DNA from: Octopus sinensis
Lineage: Eukaryota
Assembly (NCBI RefSeq): GCF_006345805.1
Contig: NC_042999.1
Span: 104,284,001 to 104,348,000 of the forward strand
Reading direction: 5' to 3'
Length of the DNA stretch: 64,000 nucleotides
The notes beneath the pieces were generated by a model. It saw nothing but the letters and a program-made list of their open reading frames with translations, searched no databases and was not told the origin of the DNA. Positions 12,721-26,972 of the stretch are shown one piece after another; within the stretch, counting starts at the first letter, position 1; each line of letters starts with the position of its first letter. The position numbers were made by a program, and so were the translations under genes.

Positions 12721-12998
12721 ACAAACCAAAATGCAAATATATGGGAAACTACCACCTTTGTCATCTCTTGTGAGAGGTAGGAGAGTCCAGTTTGCTGGAC
12801 ATTGTTGTAGAGCTGAAAAAGAGATAATTTCTACTCTTCTCCTCTGGAAGCCATCTACTTGCAATACCAGAGGGCACACACTCTCCTACCCTGATGTAAT
12901 CTCCAGGGATACAGGCATCCAGCAACAGGACCGTGAAGTCTGGCATAGCATGGTAAATTCCATTGTCTCGACCACGGTCAAACAATGATGATGATGAT
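12721..12998 (+). mobile_element. RTE-clade LINE 3' end
   Basis: TKMQIYGKLPPLSSLVRGRRVQFAGHCCRAEKEIISTLLLWKP..., (GAT)n tail; same family as 47390-48029. Confidence 0.85.
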
Positions 12999-14297
12999 AC
13001 CACATAACTTACTTAAAAATGACTTAACAGATCCATCAGGTGATGCTATCAAGTTATACATAGCCTGGGCCAATCTTTGAAACATACCTAAGTTATTTAA
13101 GTTATACATATCTACGTACACATATACTCCTAATCATCGTGCTCATCCACTTTCATTTTCTCCCTTTGTCTCTCTCTTTCTCTTTTTCACATGCATAAAC
13201 ATATTCTTATACATGATATATATATATATGTGACCTTTGTTATTATATATAATTAACAGCAGTATCAAGTGTATTCTGGGTTTATTAATATCTAAAGATG
13301 ACATAATTCACTATATTTTTGGATAAAGTGCTCCAAAAAGATGCTGACAATCCTCATTTAGTACAGAAATATTGATTAACTTAGAATTGTCGTTCCCAAT
13401 CAATACAGAAGACAGTTCAATATGAACTTCAGAAAAATTTCTTAAAAAAAGAAATAAACCAACATAGAACTAGCATAAAGTTTTGCTCTTAAATTTTTTC
13501 CCCAATTTTCTAGGAAAATATCTCATTGTTTTGTAAATACTATACTAAGTGACATAATTACCACCAATGAATTACTTTCTTTTTTTTCTGCTATGAAGGT
13601 ATGTAGCTTAGTGGTTAGGGTATCATAAGGTCACTAGTTCAATTTTTGAGCTGGGTACTACATTGTCTTTGAACAATGTGTTTCATTTCATCTTGCTCCA
13701 ACCAACTCACCTGAAAAATAAATAAATAAATATATACATACAAGGGCCTCTGTGCTGGTGGCACATAACAAACACCATCCGATCGTGGCTGTTGCCAGCC
13801 TCGCCTGGCCTCCGTGCCAGTGGCACGTAAAAAGCACCATCCGAGCGTGGCCATTCGCCAGCCTCATCTGGCACCTGTGTCGGTGGCACGTAAAAGCACC
13901 CACTACACTCTCGGAGTGGTTGGCGTTAGGAAGGGCATCCAGCTGTAGAAACACTGCCAGATCTGACTGGCCTGGTGCAGCCTTCGGGCTTCCCAGACCC
14001 CAGTTGAACCGTCCAACCCATGCCAGCATGGAAAGCGGACGTTAAACGATGATGATGATAATGATGAAGGGGTTGCTTTGAGTAAAAGAAAATACAGGAG
14101 GATCAGTTAATTATGATTTTATTCAACATATTCCCCTTTCAGGTTCATACACTTATTGCAGCAGTTCTTCAATTTTTCCAAGCCCTGTAAAAGAACTCAG
14201 AAGGCCTTTTATGATACCCTTAAAGCCAGGAACTTTTCAGCCCCCCCCCTTTTGTGAGTGTGTATGTGTGCGTGTGTATATATACATATATATACAT

Positions 14298-14350
<53 letters not shown>

Positions 14351-15066
14351 ATATAAGAAGGCTGGTTGAAAAGTTCAGAGGCTGACCAGCAATGGAAAGT
14401 GGACGTTAAACGATGATGATGATGATTTATATATATATGCATGTATGTATGTATATTATGTATATATTTGTGTCTGCGTGTGTATGTGTGTGTGTTACTC
14501 TCTCCTTGTCTTGATATTGTATGATGGTTGTAAGTAAGAGGCCTTCATTTCCATATACATGAAAAAATGTCTGGTCATGAGAAAATATCTTACTTGGAAA
14601 TAGGGGAGGGTTAGCAATGGGAAGAGTATCCACCTACAGAAAATCTAACTCAACAGAATTTGTCTGACCCATGTGATCTTGGAAATGTTGGCATTAAAAC
14701 AACAATGATTGAAATATTAGAGAAAATATGATTTGGAGAGCTGAGATAGAGAGTAGAGAGACAGAAGTGACAATAATGGTGATGTAAAAAAAAAAGAAGA
14801 AGGAAGAAGTGCAAAGGAAGGAATGCGGGAATGATGAATAAAGAAACAAAATGTAATTGAAAAGGAAAAAGAAAAATATGAATAAATAATGGATGGATGG
14901 TAAGAATTAGCATATCATGGAGATTAAAAGTTACCTTATTATGGAGAGTAAGTAAAGAAAGCTGAATTAAAGCCTACACAAAGATAGAAAATAAAGAGAA
15001 AATTGATGCAAGAAAAGAGGAAGATGGTGAAGGAAAATAAAGAATGAAAAAGAGAAAGAGCATAAA

Positions 15067-15465
15067 TCTCTCTCTATATAAAGCTGAATTTGTCTGTGTA
15101 TTGCAGGTTTGGTAGCCTTCAACTAACACTATCTCCTCCGAGACCCTGTGGCATAAGTTGACCAAAATTGTGAGTATGATAGAAGAAGGCTTGCTCTTCC
15201 TTCCATAGAAGAAAAAATTTAAATCGGACCATGTTAACACCAAAAATTATTTATATCAAAAAGGAATTTTTTTTCTATGAAAATCCCTATTTTTTACGAT
15301 TTTTTTACTGCTGTGTCGCCATTTATCAGTGTATTTCAACCAGAAAAATGTTCACTTAAAGAATATAACAAGCTACATAAATGCAACATTTTTACTTTTC
15401 AAAAATTCCAATTCTAAAGGGTCGAAAAGAAAACAAGGCCGAGCAACGCTGGGCTATATTGCTAG
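15067..15465 (+). mobile_element. Non-autonomous Helitron, type B
   Basis: A|TCTCTCTCTATATAAAGCTG ... CCGAGCAACGCTGGGCTATATTGCTAG|T; closely similar to 62479-62837. Confidence 0.8.
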
Positions 15466-15489
15466 TGAACAATAAAAGCAAGAAATTAA

Positions 15490-15990
15490 AAAAATAAGAA
15501 GAAATTTAGAAAACAAAAAGAGTGAAGGATCTAAAAGTGGATTGAAGAAAGGGATAAAGAGAGAAAGAGAAGAGTGAAGAAAGAGAAAGAGAGAGAGGGG
15601 GAGAGAGAGGCATGATGAAAGGAAGTGAGAAAGGCATGAAGAGAAAGAGAGAGAGAGAGAGGGGGAGAAAGGGAGAGAGAGGAGAAAGGAAGGAGAGAGG
15701 ATGGGAGAGGCAGAAAGGAAGGAGAGAAAGGATGAAAGAGGGAGAGAGAGAGGTAGAGTGAGAGAGGTATAATGAAAGAAAGTGAGAAAGGCATGAAGAA
15801 AGGGAAAGAGAAAGAGGGAGGGAGAGGGGGAGAGAGGTGGAAAAGAGAGAAAGAGGAGAAGAGAAGAAGAGAGAGAAAAAGAGAGAGAGGCATGATGAAA
15901 GAAAGTAAGAAAGGCATGAAGAAAAGGAAAGAGAGAGAGAGAGGGGGGAAGAGAGAAAGAGAGAGAAATAAAGAAGAAGCCTGAATAAGG
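15490..15990 (+). repeat. Purine-rich (GA) low-complexity tract with an internal repeated block
   Basis: GAGAGAGGCATGATGAAAG(G)AAGT(G/A)AGAAAGGCATGAAGA recurs at ~15603, ~15770 (partial) and ~15883. Confidence 0.85.
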
Positions 15991-16789
15991 AGAGATGGTA
16001 CAAATGAATGGTAATGAAAAAGCATATAGTGAAATGAATGAAAGAAATGTGAATATATTGAATGAAAGAACAATTTGAATATAGAAATGAAAGAAATAAA
16101 CTGGTAAAATAGTAAGACAAGAAAATTAATGGGAAATGCATAAAAAGCAAGTAAAGAAGGGAAGGAGGAGGGATGAGGAGGAGATAAAGGTAGAAAGATA
16201 GCAGGTAGACAGATAAAGGTAGAAAGATAACAGGAAAAAAATAAAAGAATGAGAAAAGTAATACAATCTTGCAATGAATTGACAGACGCATATTATTCTG
16301 TTTTTTACTAAGTTGCAGTAATTTTGTTCTCAAAATGGTACAAGGTAGAAAGATATTGTGTGCTTTCAATGTCAGCCAAATTTTGAGATATCCATTGAAG
16401 AACATCATTTCTATTTTTGGTGATTCCATTAAGAATAAGGAGAAAAAAAACACCCGTAATATCTATGGTGTCAGTCTCGGTTGTAATTAGTAAAGTTTGA
16501 AAATTTGGATAAGTTTCCAGTTACATTGAAGAATTTTTTTTGTTTAATGTTACTCTAAACATAAAAAAAAAATGTATTTCCTGAGATGAGGAATTTTTAT
16601 ATTATGCTGATGTAGCTATATTAGTTGATGTAGTGTCTGCTGTGTGGCTAAGAAGCTTGCTTCCCAACCACATGGCTTTGAGTTCAGTCCTGATACATAG
16701 CACCTTGGGCAAGTGTTTTTTACTAGAGTTACAGGCTGACCAAAGCCTTGTGAGTGGATTTGGTTGACAGAAACTGAAAGAAGTCCATC

Positions 16790-16825
<36 letters not shown>

Positions 16826-19800
16826 TAAACACACACACATATTCTTTTATTTGTTACAGTCATTTGACTGTAGCCATGCTGGAGCACCACCTTTAGTCGA
16901 GTAAATCAACCCCAGGACTTTGTAAGTCTAGTACTTATTCTATTGATCTCTTTTGCTGAACCACTAGCATCAGTTGTCAAGTGATGTTGGGGGGACAAAC
17001 ACACACAACACACACACGACAGGCTTCTTTCAGTTTCTGTCAACCAAATCCACTCATAAGGCTATAGTAAGAAGCTATACACTGAGGCTATAGTAAGAAG
17101 ACACTTTCCCAAGGTGCCATGCAGTGGGACTGAACCCAGAACCATGTGGTTCGTAAGCAAGCTACTTACCACACAACCACTCCAACACAAACACTTATAG
17201 AGAAAAATAACATCTTTAATTGTAGAATTCACCTTACAAAGCTGACAATTAACAATTTTTTATCCTTTTGTTATCTACTGTTATTCATCCAAAAGTTAAA
17301 TAGAAAAATAGCTTTTCTTAAATTATATTTCTTCTTAATGTTCTTTTTGTATGTGTTTGTGTACTGGAAATATTTCCTTAGTTCACTTTGAATTTAGCTA
17401 ATTTTGGATTTCCTTGAAAATATTGTATTAACACGTATTTTCAGAAATATTAATTTCAATTATATTTTCTACATCTAAATAAAGGTAGAGCATATTAATT
17501 AATATCCAAAATGAGGACACCATGCTGAGTAATCTTTTCTCTGTAATCTTTTATTTGTTTCAATCATTAGACTGTGCCCATCCTGGTGCACTGCCTTGAA
17601 GAATTTTCAGTCAAATGTATCGACCCCAGTACTTATTTTTTTGAAACCTGGTACTTATTCTGTTGGTCCCTTTTGCTGTTATGGGGACTTAAACATACCA
17701 GCACTGGTTGTCAAGCAATAGAGGTGGGAACAAACACACACAGAAAGATACAGACACAGGTGCTGGTGCCATGTAAAAAGCACCTATACCAGTGCTATGT
17801 AAAAGCACCCAGTACACTCTGTAAAGTGGTTGGTGTTAGGAAGGGCATCCAGCTGTAGAAACCATGCCAAAGCAGACATGGAATCTGGACAGTTCTTCAG
17901 CTCTTGTCAAACGTCCAACCCATGCCAGCATGGAAAACAGATGTTAAATGGTGATGATGATGATGATGATATATATGACAGGTTTCTTTCAGACTCCACC
18001 TACCAAATCCACTCACAAGGCTTCGGTTGGCTATTGTTAAAGACACTTGCCCAAGGTGCCATGCAGTGGGATTGAACCTGGAACTATGTTACTGGAAAGT
18101 AAGCATCTTACCACATAGCCATGCCTACACTTAATACATAATATAAAAGAATATATTTTTTACTGTGAACAATAGCATAGTGAATGTAAGCATTGATTAA
18201 ATGTTGAGTGTTGCTGTTTATCTGGTGGGAATGAGTTGAGTCCCAAGGTCAGTGAATCTTTACTCGAGCTCTGCTTTAAATAGAACAAGCAAAACAGTAT
18301 CAGAAGCATGAGAGAAACTTATACAAAAATTTACTGAACATAGACAATTAAATAAAAAATGATGAGTTTGGTTTCATAGCATTCTCAGAATGCTATAGAA
18401 TATAATAGGAATCGCTGGAAGACTGAGAGTACTAAGGCCAAGTCTCATCTAAGAACCAAAGTAAGAACTTTATTCAGAATCATATGAATGTATAAATTTG
18501 AAGATGGGCTTTGTTGAAAAAGTTCGTTTGTCATACACATCTACTAAAGATTTCCTAACATATTTCAGAAATTATTTGCCATTTCCTTTCTCTGGAATAA
18601 AATTTTTCTTATAGTGAAATAAAATTTATTTTTTTAATGGTTGCTGTTGTTGTTGTCATTGTTATAGTTTAGTATGAGGTTGGTCCTAATCAAAAAGATC
18701 TTGATCAAATGAATTCCAGTCGTGCTCATTCCCTTTTTTTCTAGTTCTAGTGTATCTATGACTACATTATATTTTGTGTTCCCCCGTTAAGATGGTTTAG
18801 ATGTTCGTTGAGGGATACTTGGCTGATAGTTCTAAGAGTGATCATATAGAGGTTCCATCAGTGGTTTGAACATTTTTAATGGTCATTTATATCATCATCA
18901 TCATCATCACCATTTAACATCTGTTTTCCATGCTGGCATGGGTTGGAAGTTTGACAAGAGCTGAAGAACTGTCTAGGCTCCATGTCTGTTTTGGCATGGT
19001 TTCTACAGCTGGATGCCCTTCCTAACAGAAGGAAAGGGAAATGCTCATGACATTTTGCTGGCCCTCTGAGACAAGTGAAATTAATACTTTTGACATGGAT
19101 TTAACATGTGTAAGATGATATTTGAAGAAAATGAGAACAGAAATTAAATTCTGTTCTCATCTTCCTCAAATGTATCTATTTACTTAGTGAACTAGCCCAC
19201 TTAAGAGTTAAGTATCTTAGCCACAGACAGTGCAGTTCGAAGAGAAGAACAATTGGTATCTCGCTCAGTTACCTTTTACTCTTTGTAACTGGCCATCTGT
19301 GCTCTACCATTATGTAAATAAGATTTATTATCTGAACTATCTGTTTAACATTTGTAATAAATCTTCGGTGATTAATATCTACAATAAGCTCAGAGAGCTT
19401 AACTTAAGGTAGCAGCTACGCTGTATACAAATATCTATCTGTCTTTTAGATTAGGATAAAGTGTACTTAATGCACAAGTAATAAGATTTGAAAAGATACT
19501 TAAGAGATGTTGTTTATGAGTAGATGTTACTAATACTCTTATGATTAAGCAAGTTTATGATGCAAAAAGATTAAACAATTTAGTTGTAGTCTAGATTTAC
19601 ATGCTGATACATTAAGTAAGTATGGAGTTTTCCTAAGTGCACAATTAAGTAGCCAGTTAGAAGTTTAAGGCTGCTAATATGTTTAATGACACTAATGAAA
19701 AGATGTTTGCTTGAATTGTATGAAATGTTACTCATGAGTTATGTATCTCTCTTCCTTTCTTTGGATTGTGGTGGTCCCTTCTGCTTTTGGTGTCTTATTT

Positions 19801-20551
19801 TCCTCCGTGAATTCTTTTACATGTGAAAGCTTGAAGAGGTCAGCTTGGCAAATATTGGTTCTGGTGATCATCTGGAACAGGTATAGGCAACCTTTTCCAG
19901 AGAAACAGGCTGCATGAGACATGGCTTATCTCAGCCAAGCTGCACTGCTAAAAGAAATCTAAGGCAATTTTTCATTTAGTCGTGCCACTGAGAATGTTCT
20001 GTGGACCGCAGTTTGCTAATGACACATCTAGTCTCTTTTTTACTTTAATATGTTGTTTTGTCCTTTTGATTCATTGTATATTTTTAATATTTTATCTGTA
20101 TTTAATTCATTTATATCAGTTTATATAAATTAGTTTACTAAAATTACTTACTTGTAGGTTTTAGTCTTCATCTGTTAGTGTTTATTATTAATAAGTTTGT
20201 CATAATATAGTTTCAGATGTTTTATTTTATAGAGTCTAATTTATATAAGTTTATTCATTAGTAATTATTAATTATGTGTGTTTTATTTCATACTATATGT
20301 TGCATTTAAGATTTAAACATTTATGATTTCTAGCCTGGGTACAAGTATTTTGTTTGTATATTCCCCAGTCGTATTAGACTCTATTTTCTGTTGAGTCTCT
20401 AAGCAGAGTTCTTTGTGGAAGGCGAGTGTTGGAGTATAATAAAGGGTCAAACATAGCTGTCTTACTAAAGATGAGATACTAAGCTACCTTTAAGACAAGA
20501 AAGTAGAGGGAGTTGAGAGTGAGAGAGAAAGTCAGAGTGAGTATATATTGG

Positions 20552-20587
<36 letters not shown>

Positions 20588-21055
20588 GATATGTAAAGGT
20601 AAGATCCAAAGTTCCAGGTGTAGGAAGTTAGTAAGCTTTGAGGAGCCGTCCATAAAAGGTATATAAAACAGCTTTTGGGAACAATAGTTTTTAGTGCAGA
20701 AGATTGTAAATTATTCCCCTACCAAAGTTCAATAAGCTGAAAAAAGTTATAGGGTTAGAGTTAGGGTTAATTCCCAACTAACAAAAAGATGCCACCTGTT
20801 TCTTGGGTTTTGTAGATTTGCGAGCAGCATGGTGACTTTAGTAGTGCCAATAGCACAAAAAAAAAATGAAAAAAAAAAGCACCTGATACACACTGTAAAG
20901 TGGTTGGTATTTGGAAGGGCATCCAGTGATGGAAACCATGCCAAAACAGATACTGGAGCATGCTGTAGTCTTTTTGTCCAACAGTTTGACACATGCCAGC
21001 ATGGAACATGAATGTTAAATGATAGTGATGATAATGATGATAATGCTGATGATGT

Positions 21056-21086
<31 letters not shown>

Positions 21087-21721
21087 ATATACATGAATGT
21101 ATGTATTTCATTTTACTTTAAAATCACTAGTTTTACCATAACACATTTCTTCAGGTAACATGAAATAAAATCCATTGCTTCACCTATATATGTTGATTCT
21201 TATGAATCAACCTTATATGCATATATGAATATGTACCATTATGATTATATACTATATGCACACATTATAAGTGGAAAAAAGGAATAACAAAAACGAAACA
21301 TACATTGATTTACTTTTTCACTTTTAAACAGGAACAAAGAGAGATGATACACGAGAAAGTTTTCAAAACCATTTTCTTTTTTTGCCAAAATATAGGAAAA
21401 TAGTGATGAGAAACCTGTTGTCACATTGGTAACGTGCCAAGTTGCATATTAACATCCATATTTGAGTCTGTCAATGAATGTGTGTATATATGTGTGTTAG
21501 TGTGTATGTACATATGTGTTTGTGCATGTATGTATATGTATATGATTGTATGTTTATTTGTATATATGTATGCACACATATTTATGTGTATGTTGGTTTT
21601 TATTATTTCTTTATACTGGAAAGAATGGAGAGCACTATCAAATAGCAGAATTGTGCCAAAGATGTCATCAAACATAAACGTAATAAATGTTTATGTCTAT
21701 AGTTATGTGCTTCTTTCAGTC

Positions 21722-21752
<31 letters not shown>

Positions 21753-21849
21753 CTGTCTGCCAGGTTGAGTCAAAAGAGTTTTTGTTTTCCAAGCTTCAGT
21801 TAAAAGTTGAAACAAATTAAATACATTCATCAAAATATATCCCTTTATA

Positions 21850-22700
21850 TTCTATTGTTTGTTGTTATCATTCTACCAGATGAGCAATTCTATGCTTATA
21901 ACATTTGGCTGGTTTAGAGGCAAAAAAACTCCCTGCACCCATTTTAAACCTTTATCTATGCAGGAAATGATCCATGGCTTGAAAAAGGCGGTAATCTGAT
22001 GGTGAGGGTCTGGACTGTAGGCAGAGTGAGGCAGCACTTCCAGCCCCTCAAGTTCCTGAAGTTTGCACTTGATCAAATTGACATCCACACTGAGTAACCA
22101 GCCTTTAAAGCATCATCTGCTTGCTGCAGTTGTTGAGCATAAAGGTTAGCTTTCACATCGTGACCATCTGGGACAAGCTCAAAGTGCAATACCCCCTTGA
22201 AATTCCACCAAACACACAACATGACCTTCTTTTCAAACTGTCCTTGTTTGGCAACAGTTTCTTAAGCCTGGCTGGAATATAGTCGCTGATTTCCCTTATT
22301 AGAATTATGATAATAGATCCATATTACACTCCCAGTTACAATTTGACACCAAAAACAGGCATCAATAAGATTTGTCAGTGGTTGTTTGCAAGTGTTCATG
22401 CATTGTTGAGCTTGGTCGTTGGTTGGTTCAAGTAGAGTTTCTTGACAGCATCTGCTCACGAGGCCAAGCATTAGGAGATGTTGATTGATGGTGCTTTGTG
22501 AAGGATCAAGTTCTACTGACAATGTAAGTGTGCATGTGCTTGACTGTCATTTAACTATTTCAAGCAAGGCCTCATCTTTCACAGCAGAAAGTTTCCCTGA
22601 CCTTGGATTTTCTTCTTGGCTGGTGTCACCTTTCTTGAAATGTCTGTGCCAGTTTTGTACCACATATTCTTCGACAATTTCACATCATTAATTTCTTTTG
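21850..22700 (-). mobile_element. Degenerate mariner transposase
   Basis: HFKKGDTSQEENPRSG...QIVTGSVIWIYY (VTGDEKWIYY-like)...LEVLPHSAYSPD. Confidence 0.8.
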
Positions 22701-23106
22701 CTGGTGCCCTTTTTTTCACAGGTAGCGTAAAATAATTCTGCAAATGTTTCATCACTTCTTATCAAAGCTGTAAAATTTAGAAAAACAATTAATGCTTACA
22801 TGTTATATATGAAAGTAAAGAATAAACAATTCAGCAATGAATGGACAAGTTGTATCAAATTAATGATAAAACATGGAGACAATGGTTGCCAAAACTCATC
22901 AGTGAAAATCTGAAATAAAATTTTGATTCAACCTCTGGTTGGAATGCAAGCTCTTTACCACACAACCACACTTGTGCCTATGTATCATCATCATCATCAT
23001 ATATATATATATATATATATATATGCATATACATATACACATATTCATGCCTATCCTATTCTATTTATCTGCCTGTCTGTCTGTACGCCATCCATCCGTC
23101 TGTCTG

Positions 23107-23205
<99 letters not shown>

Positions 23206-24274
23206 GTCTATCAATATATCTGTCCGTCCACCTGTCTGTCCATCTGCCTGTCCATCCGTTCATCCATCCATCCATCTATCTATCTATCTGTCTATCTATC
23301 TATCTATCTATCAATCTATCTATCTATCTATTGGTTTTTCTGGGATTTTTTCTGTTACTTGCTTCATTTATTGGACTGTGGCCATGCTGAGGTTCTGCCT
23401 TGCAGGTTGTATTTAGTTGAACGAATTGACCCCAGTACTGAATTGTTTAAGGTTAGTACTTATCCTGTTAGTTCTTTTGCTGAACCACTAAGTTGTCAAG
23501 TGGTGGTGGGGGGTGGGGGACAAATATACATACATGTGCATGCATGCATGTACGCATGCACACACATATACATACACATTTATCTCTTATCTCTTGCTTG
23601 TTTCAGTCATTAGACTGTGGCCATGCTGGAGCACTGCCCTGAAGAAATTTAATCAAACAAATCAACCCCAGTACTTACTTTTTTAAAGCCTGGTACTTAT
23701 TCTATAAGTCCCCTTTGCTGAACTGCTAAGTTATGGGGATGTAAATACACCAACACCAATTTCCAAGCAGTGGTGGGGAGAAACACCAACACAGAGATAT
23801 GCACATGCATGCACGCACACATGCGCGCGTGCACACTCACACACACACTCACATGATGGATTTCTTTCAGTTTCCACCTACCAAATCCACTCACAAGGCT
23901 TTGTTTGGCCCAAAACTATAGAAGACACTTGCCAGAGTTTCACACAGTGGAACTGAACTCAGAACCATGTGGCTTGAAAGCAACCTTCTTACCACTCTGT
24001 CACACATGTTCCTACAATAACATTTTCACCACACAACCACTCCTGGACCTATGACAAGCTTCTTTCAGTTTCTGTCTATCAGATCCACTTACAAAGCTTT
24101 GGTTGGTCTAGGACTATAGAAGAAGACACTCACCCAAGTTGCCATGCTGTGAGACTGAACTCAGAATCATATGGTTTGGAAGGAAACTTCTTACCATACA
24201 GCCACACCTGCACCAACAATAAAGTTTTTCACCATACAGTCATGCTTGCACCTATATATATGTATCATAATCAA

Positions 24275-25564
24275 CATCATCCTCGTCATCTTTTAATGTC
24301 CATTTTCCATGCTGGCATGGGTTGGACAGTTTGACCAGACCTGGCGAGCCAAAGTGCTGCATCATGCTCCAGTCTGATTTGGCTTGGTTTCTGTGGTTGG
24401 ATGCCCTTCATAACACCAACCACTTTAGAGTGTGTACTGAGTACTTTTACTGTGGTGCCAGCATGAGCACTTGAATGTAATGCTGGCATGAGTGCTTTTT
24501 ACATGACATTGGCATAGGGAACTTGTAGGCTAATCTTCATCAGGAGGAGTCTTCAGTTTCCATCTACTAGATCCACTCACTCTATACTAGAAGATGCTTG
24601 TGCTAGGTACTATGTAGAAGAAGGGTACTTAAAACTTCTTAATCACTTCTTAATCACATACCCATATCACAACTACAATTTCCATTTGATTTTTATTTGA
24701 TGTTGATGTACTTGACTCAATAGGTCTCCTCAAGCACAGCCGGTTGCCCTACAGTCCAAGGTAAGCACAGCAGGCCATCCTGCAATCCAAGGTACTTTGG
24801 ATGGGCTGGGGCTGCTATGTGAAGCTAGTGCAGGAAACAGCCATAAACTCACGTTATTTGCTGGAGCAGGAAACAGCCATGAACTCACGTTATTTGTCGG
24901 GTCTTTGCAGTCACATCATATCTCCAGAGATCTCAGTCTTTCGTCATTGCTTCTGTGAGGCCCATCGTTCAAAGGTCATGCTTGACCACCTCATCCCATG
25001 TCTTCCTGGGTCTACATCTACCCCATATTCCTTCAACTATTTGGGAGTGGCACTTCTTCACACATCTCTCCTCATCCATCCGTAGTACATGACCATATCA
25101 GTGCAAATGCCTCTCTTGTATGCCACATCCAATACTTCTTATGTCCAGCATTTCTCTCAGGGAGCTTACACTCTGTCATGTGTGCACACTGACATTACAC
25201 ATCCAGTGGATCATGCTAGCTTCATTTCTTTCAAGCCTACGCATGTCCTCTGCAGTCACAGCCCATGTTTCACTACCGTGAAACATGGCAGTTCGAACAC
25301 ATGCATTGTACAATCTAACTTTCATTCTGAGTGAGAGACCCTTTGTAGGGGTAGAAGCTTTCTAAACTTTGCCCAGGCTATTCGTATTCTAGTGATGACA
25401 CTCTCTGAGCATCCACCTCCACTACTAACTTGGTCACCTAGGTAGTGGAAACTATCAACTACTTGTAGTTTCTCCCGCTGGAGTGTGATGGAATCTATTT
25501 TCTGAGTATCTGTGGTGTCTATTGCCCCTGTGCATCTGCCGCACACAAAATCTATCTTCTCGGT

Positions 25565-25566
<2 letters not shown>
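24275..25566 (-). mobile_element. RTE-clade LINE (second family), degenerate 3' part with 3' UTR
   Basis: VVDSFHYLGDQVSSGGGCSESVITRIRIAWAKFRKLLP...MFHGSETWAV...YGHVLRMDEERCVKK...RPRKTWDEVV with stops and frameshifts; the UTR continues to the shared tail at 24275-24480. Confidence 0.9.
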
Positions 25567-25602
<36 letters not shown>

Positions 25603-25710
25603 TATATAAAAATATATATGTATGTATATATATAGTCCAATAACACTATACTTATTCCACATCATTGCGTTGTTGTGTTTTCTCTTTGTTCATATTTGGA
25701 TTAACTATAT

Positions 25711-25745
<35 letters not shown>

Positions 25746-25913
25746 AATGTCCTGCTCGCTTAGCCAGCAGGGCAGCGTCATTTGAAGGCTAAAACAATGC
25801 AAAGCGCATTGTGACCAGCGATGTGTAGCAACATCTGAGAGCCTGGTTAGTCATGGTGATATATATATATAAACATATATGTATGTATGTATGTATGTAT
25901 ATATGTATGTATG

Positions 25914-26017
<104 letters not shown>

Positions 26018-26047
26018 TGTATGTATATATATATATATGTATATATC

Positions 26048-26590
26048 ACCGAGGAAATGACTAGAGACCGAGACCTTTGGAAGTATGCTGTGTGTGAGTA
26101 GACCCGGCAGGACAAGTGAGACCATAACCAATGGCCTCAGTCCACTTATGCATACCTTTTCTTCTTGGGACACAAAACTCTACTTGTGAAGACCTTTTGA
26201 GGCAAGTGAAAATCAAAATCAAAAATCAAAATCGATCAACATGAATGGAAATTGTAGCTGTAATACCAGTGCCAGTGGCACGTAAAAAGCACCATCCGAT
26301 CGTGGCCATTTGCCAGCCTTGCCTGGCCTCCGTGCCGGTGGCACGTAAAAAGCACCATCCAATCATGGCTGTTTGCCAGCCTCGTCTGGCACCTGTGCCG
26401 GTGGCACGTAAAAAGCACCCACTACACTCATGGAGTGGTTGGGGTTAGGAAGGGCATCCAGCCGTAGAAACATTGCCAGATCAGACTGGGCCTGGTGCAG
26501 CCTTCTGGCTTCCCAGACCCCAGTTGCACCGTCCAACCCGTGCCAGCATGGAAAGCGGATGCTAAACGATGATGATGATGATGATGATGA
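26048..26590 (+). mobile_element. RTE LINE 3' end with tandem ~62-bp UTR repeats; similar tails at ~9430-9730, 13757-14060, 17760-17970, 18895-19025(-), 20870-21080, 26972-27475, 38490-38640(-)
   Basis: [15 protein letters not shown]...; UTR GGTGGCACGTAAAAAGCACC repeats, then GGAGTGGTTGGCGTTAGGAAGGGCATCCAGC...AAACGATGATGAT. Confidence 0.8.
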
Positions 26591-26593
26591 TGA

Positions 26594-26632
<39 letters not shown>

Positions 26633-26938
26633 GAGGACATTTTGTTCTGTTCATGTGTTATAACCTATATTCTTAGTAATTGTCACAATGGACATACATT
26701 CATACATATAAATTTATGAGTTTAATGAAGTTAAACTACATTAAGTTCTATTATTAGTCTTTTTGTCTACACAAAGCACATCATTATGCATGTGTGTGTG
26801 TATCTATATTATGTGTGCATATCTATATATATGTTTGTATGTATATATATGTTTGTGTGTGTATATATATATATATTTTTATATATACATATATATATGC
26901 ATATGCATCATACATACATATATATATATATGTATATA

Positions 26939-26972
<34 letters not shown>

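Noticed and set aside
15506-16453. 315-aa and 247-aa L/S/F-rich ORFs that look like membrane proteins
   Set aside because: Reverse complement of a GA-rich low-complexity tract.
19130-19160. 12-bp hairpin ATGAGAACAGAA/TTCTGTTCTCAT
   Set aside because: AT-rich and probably the centre of a small palindromic repeat element; no independent support for function.
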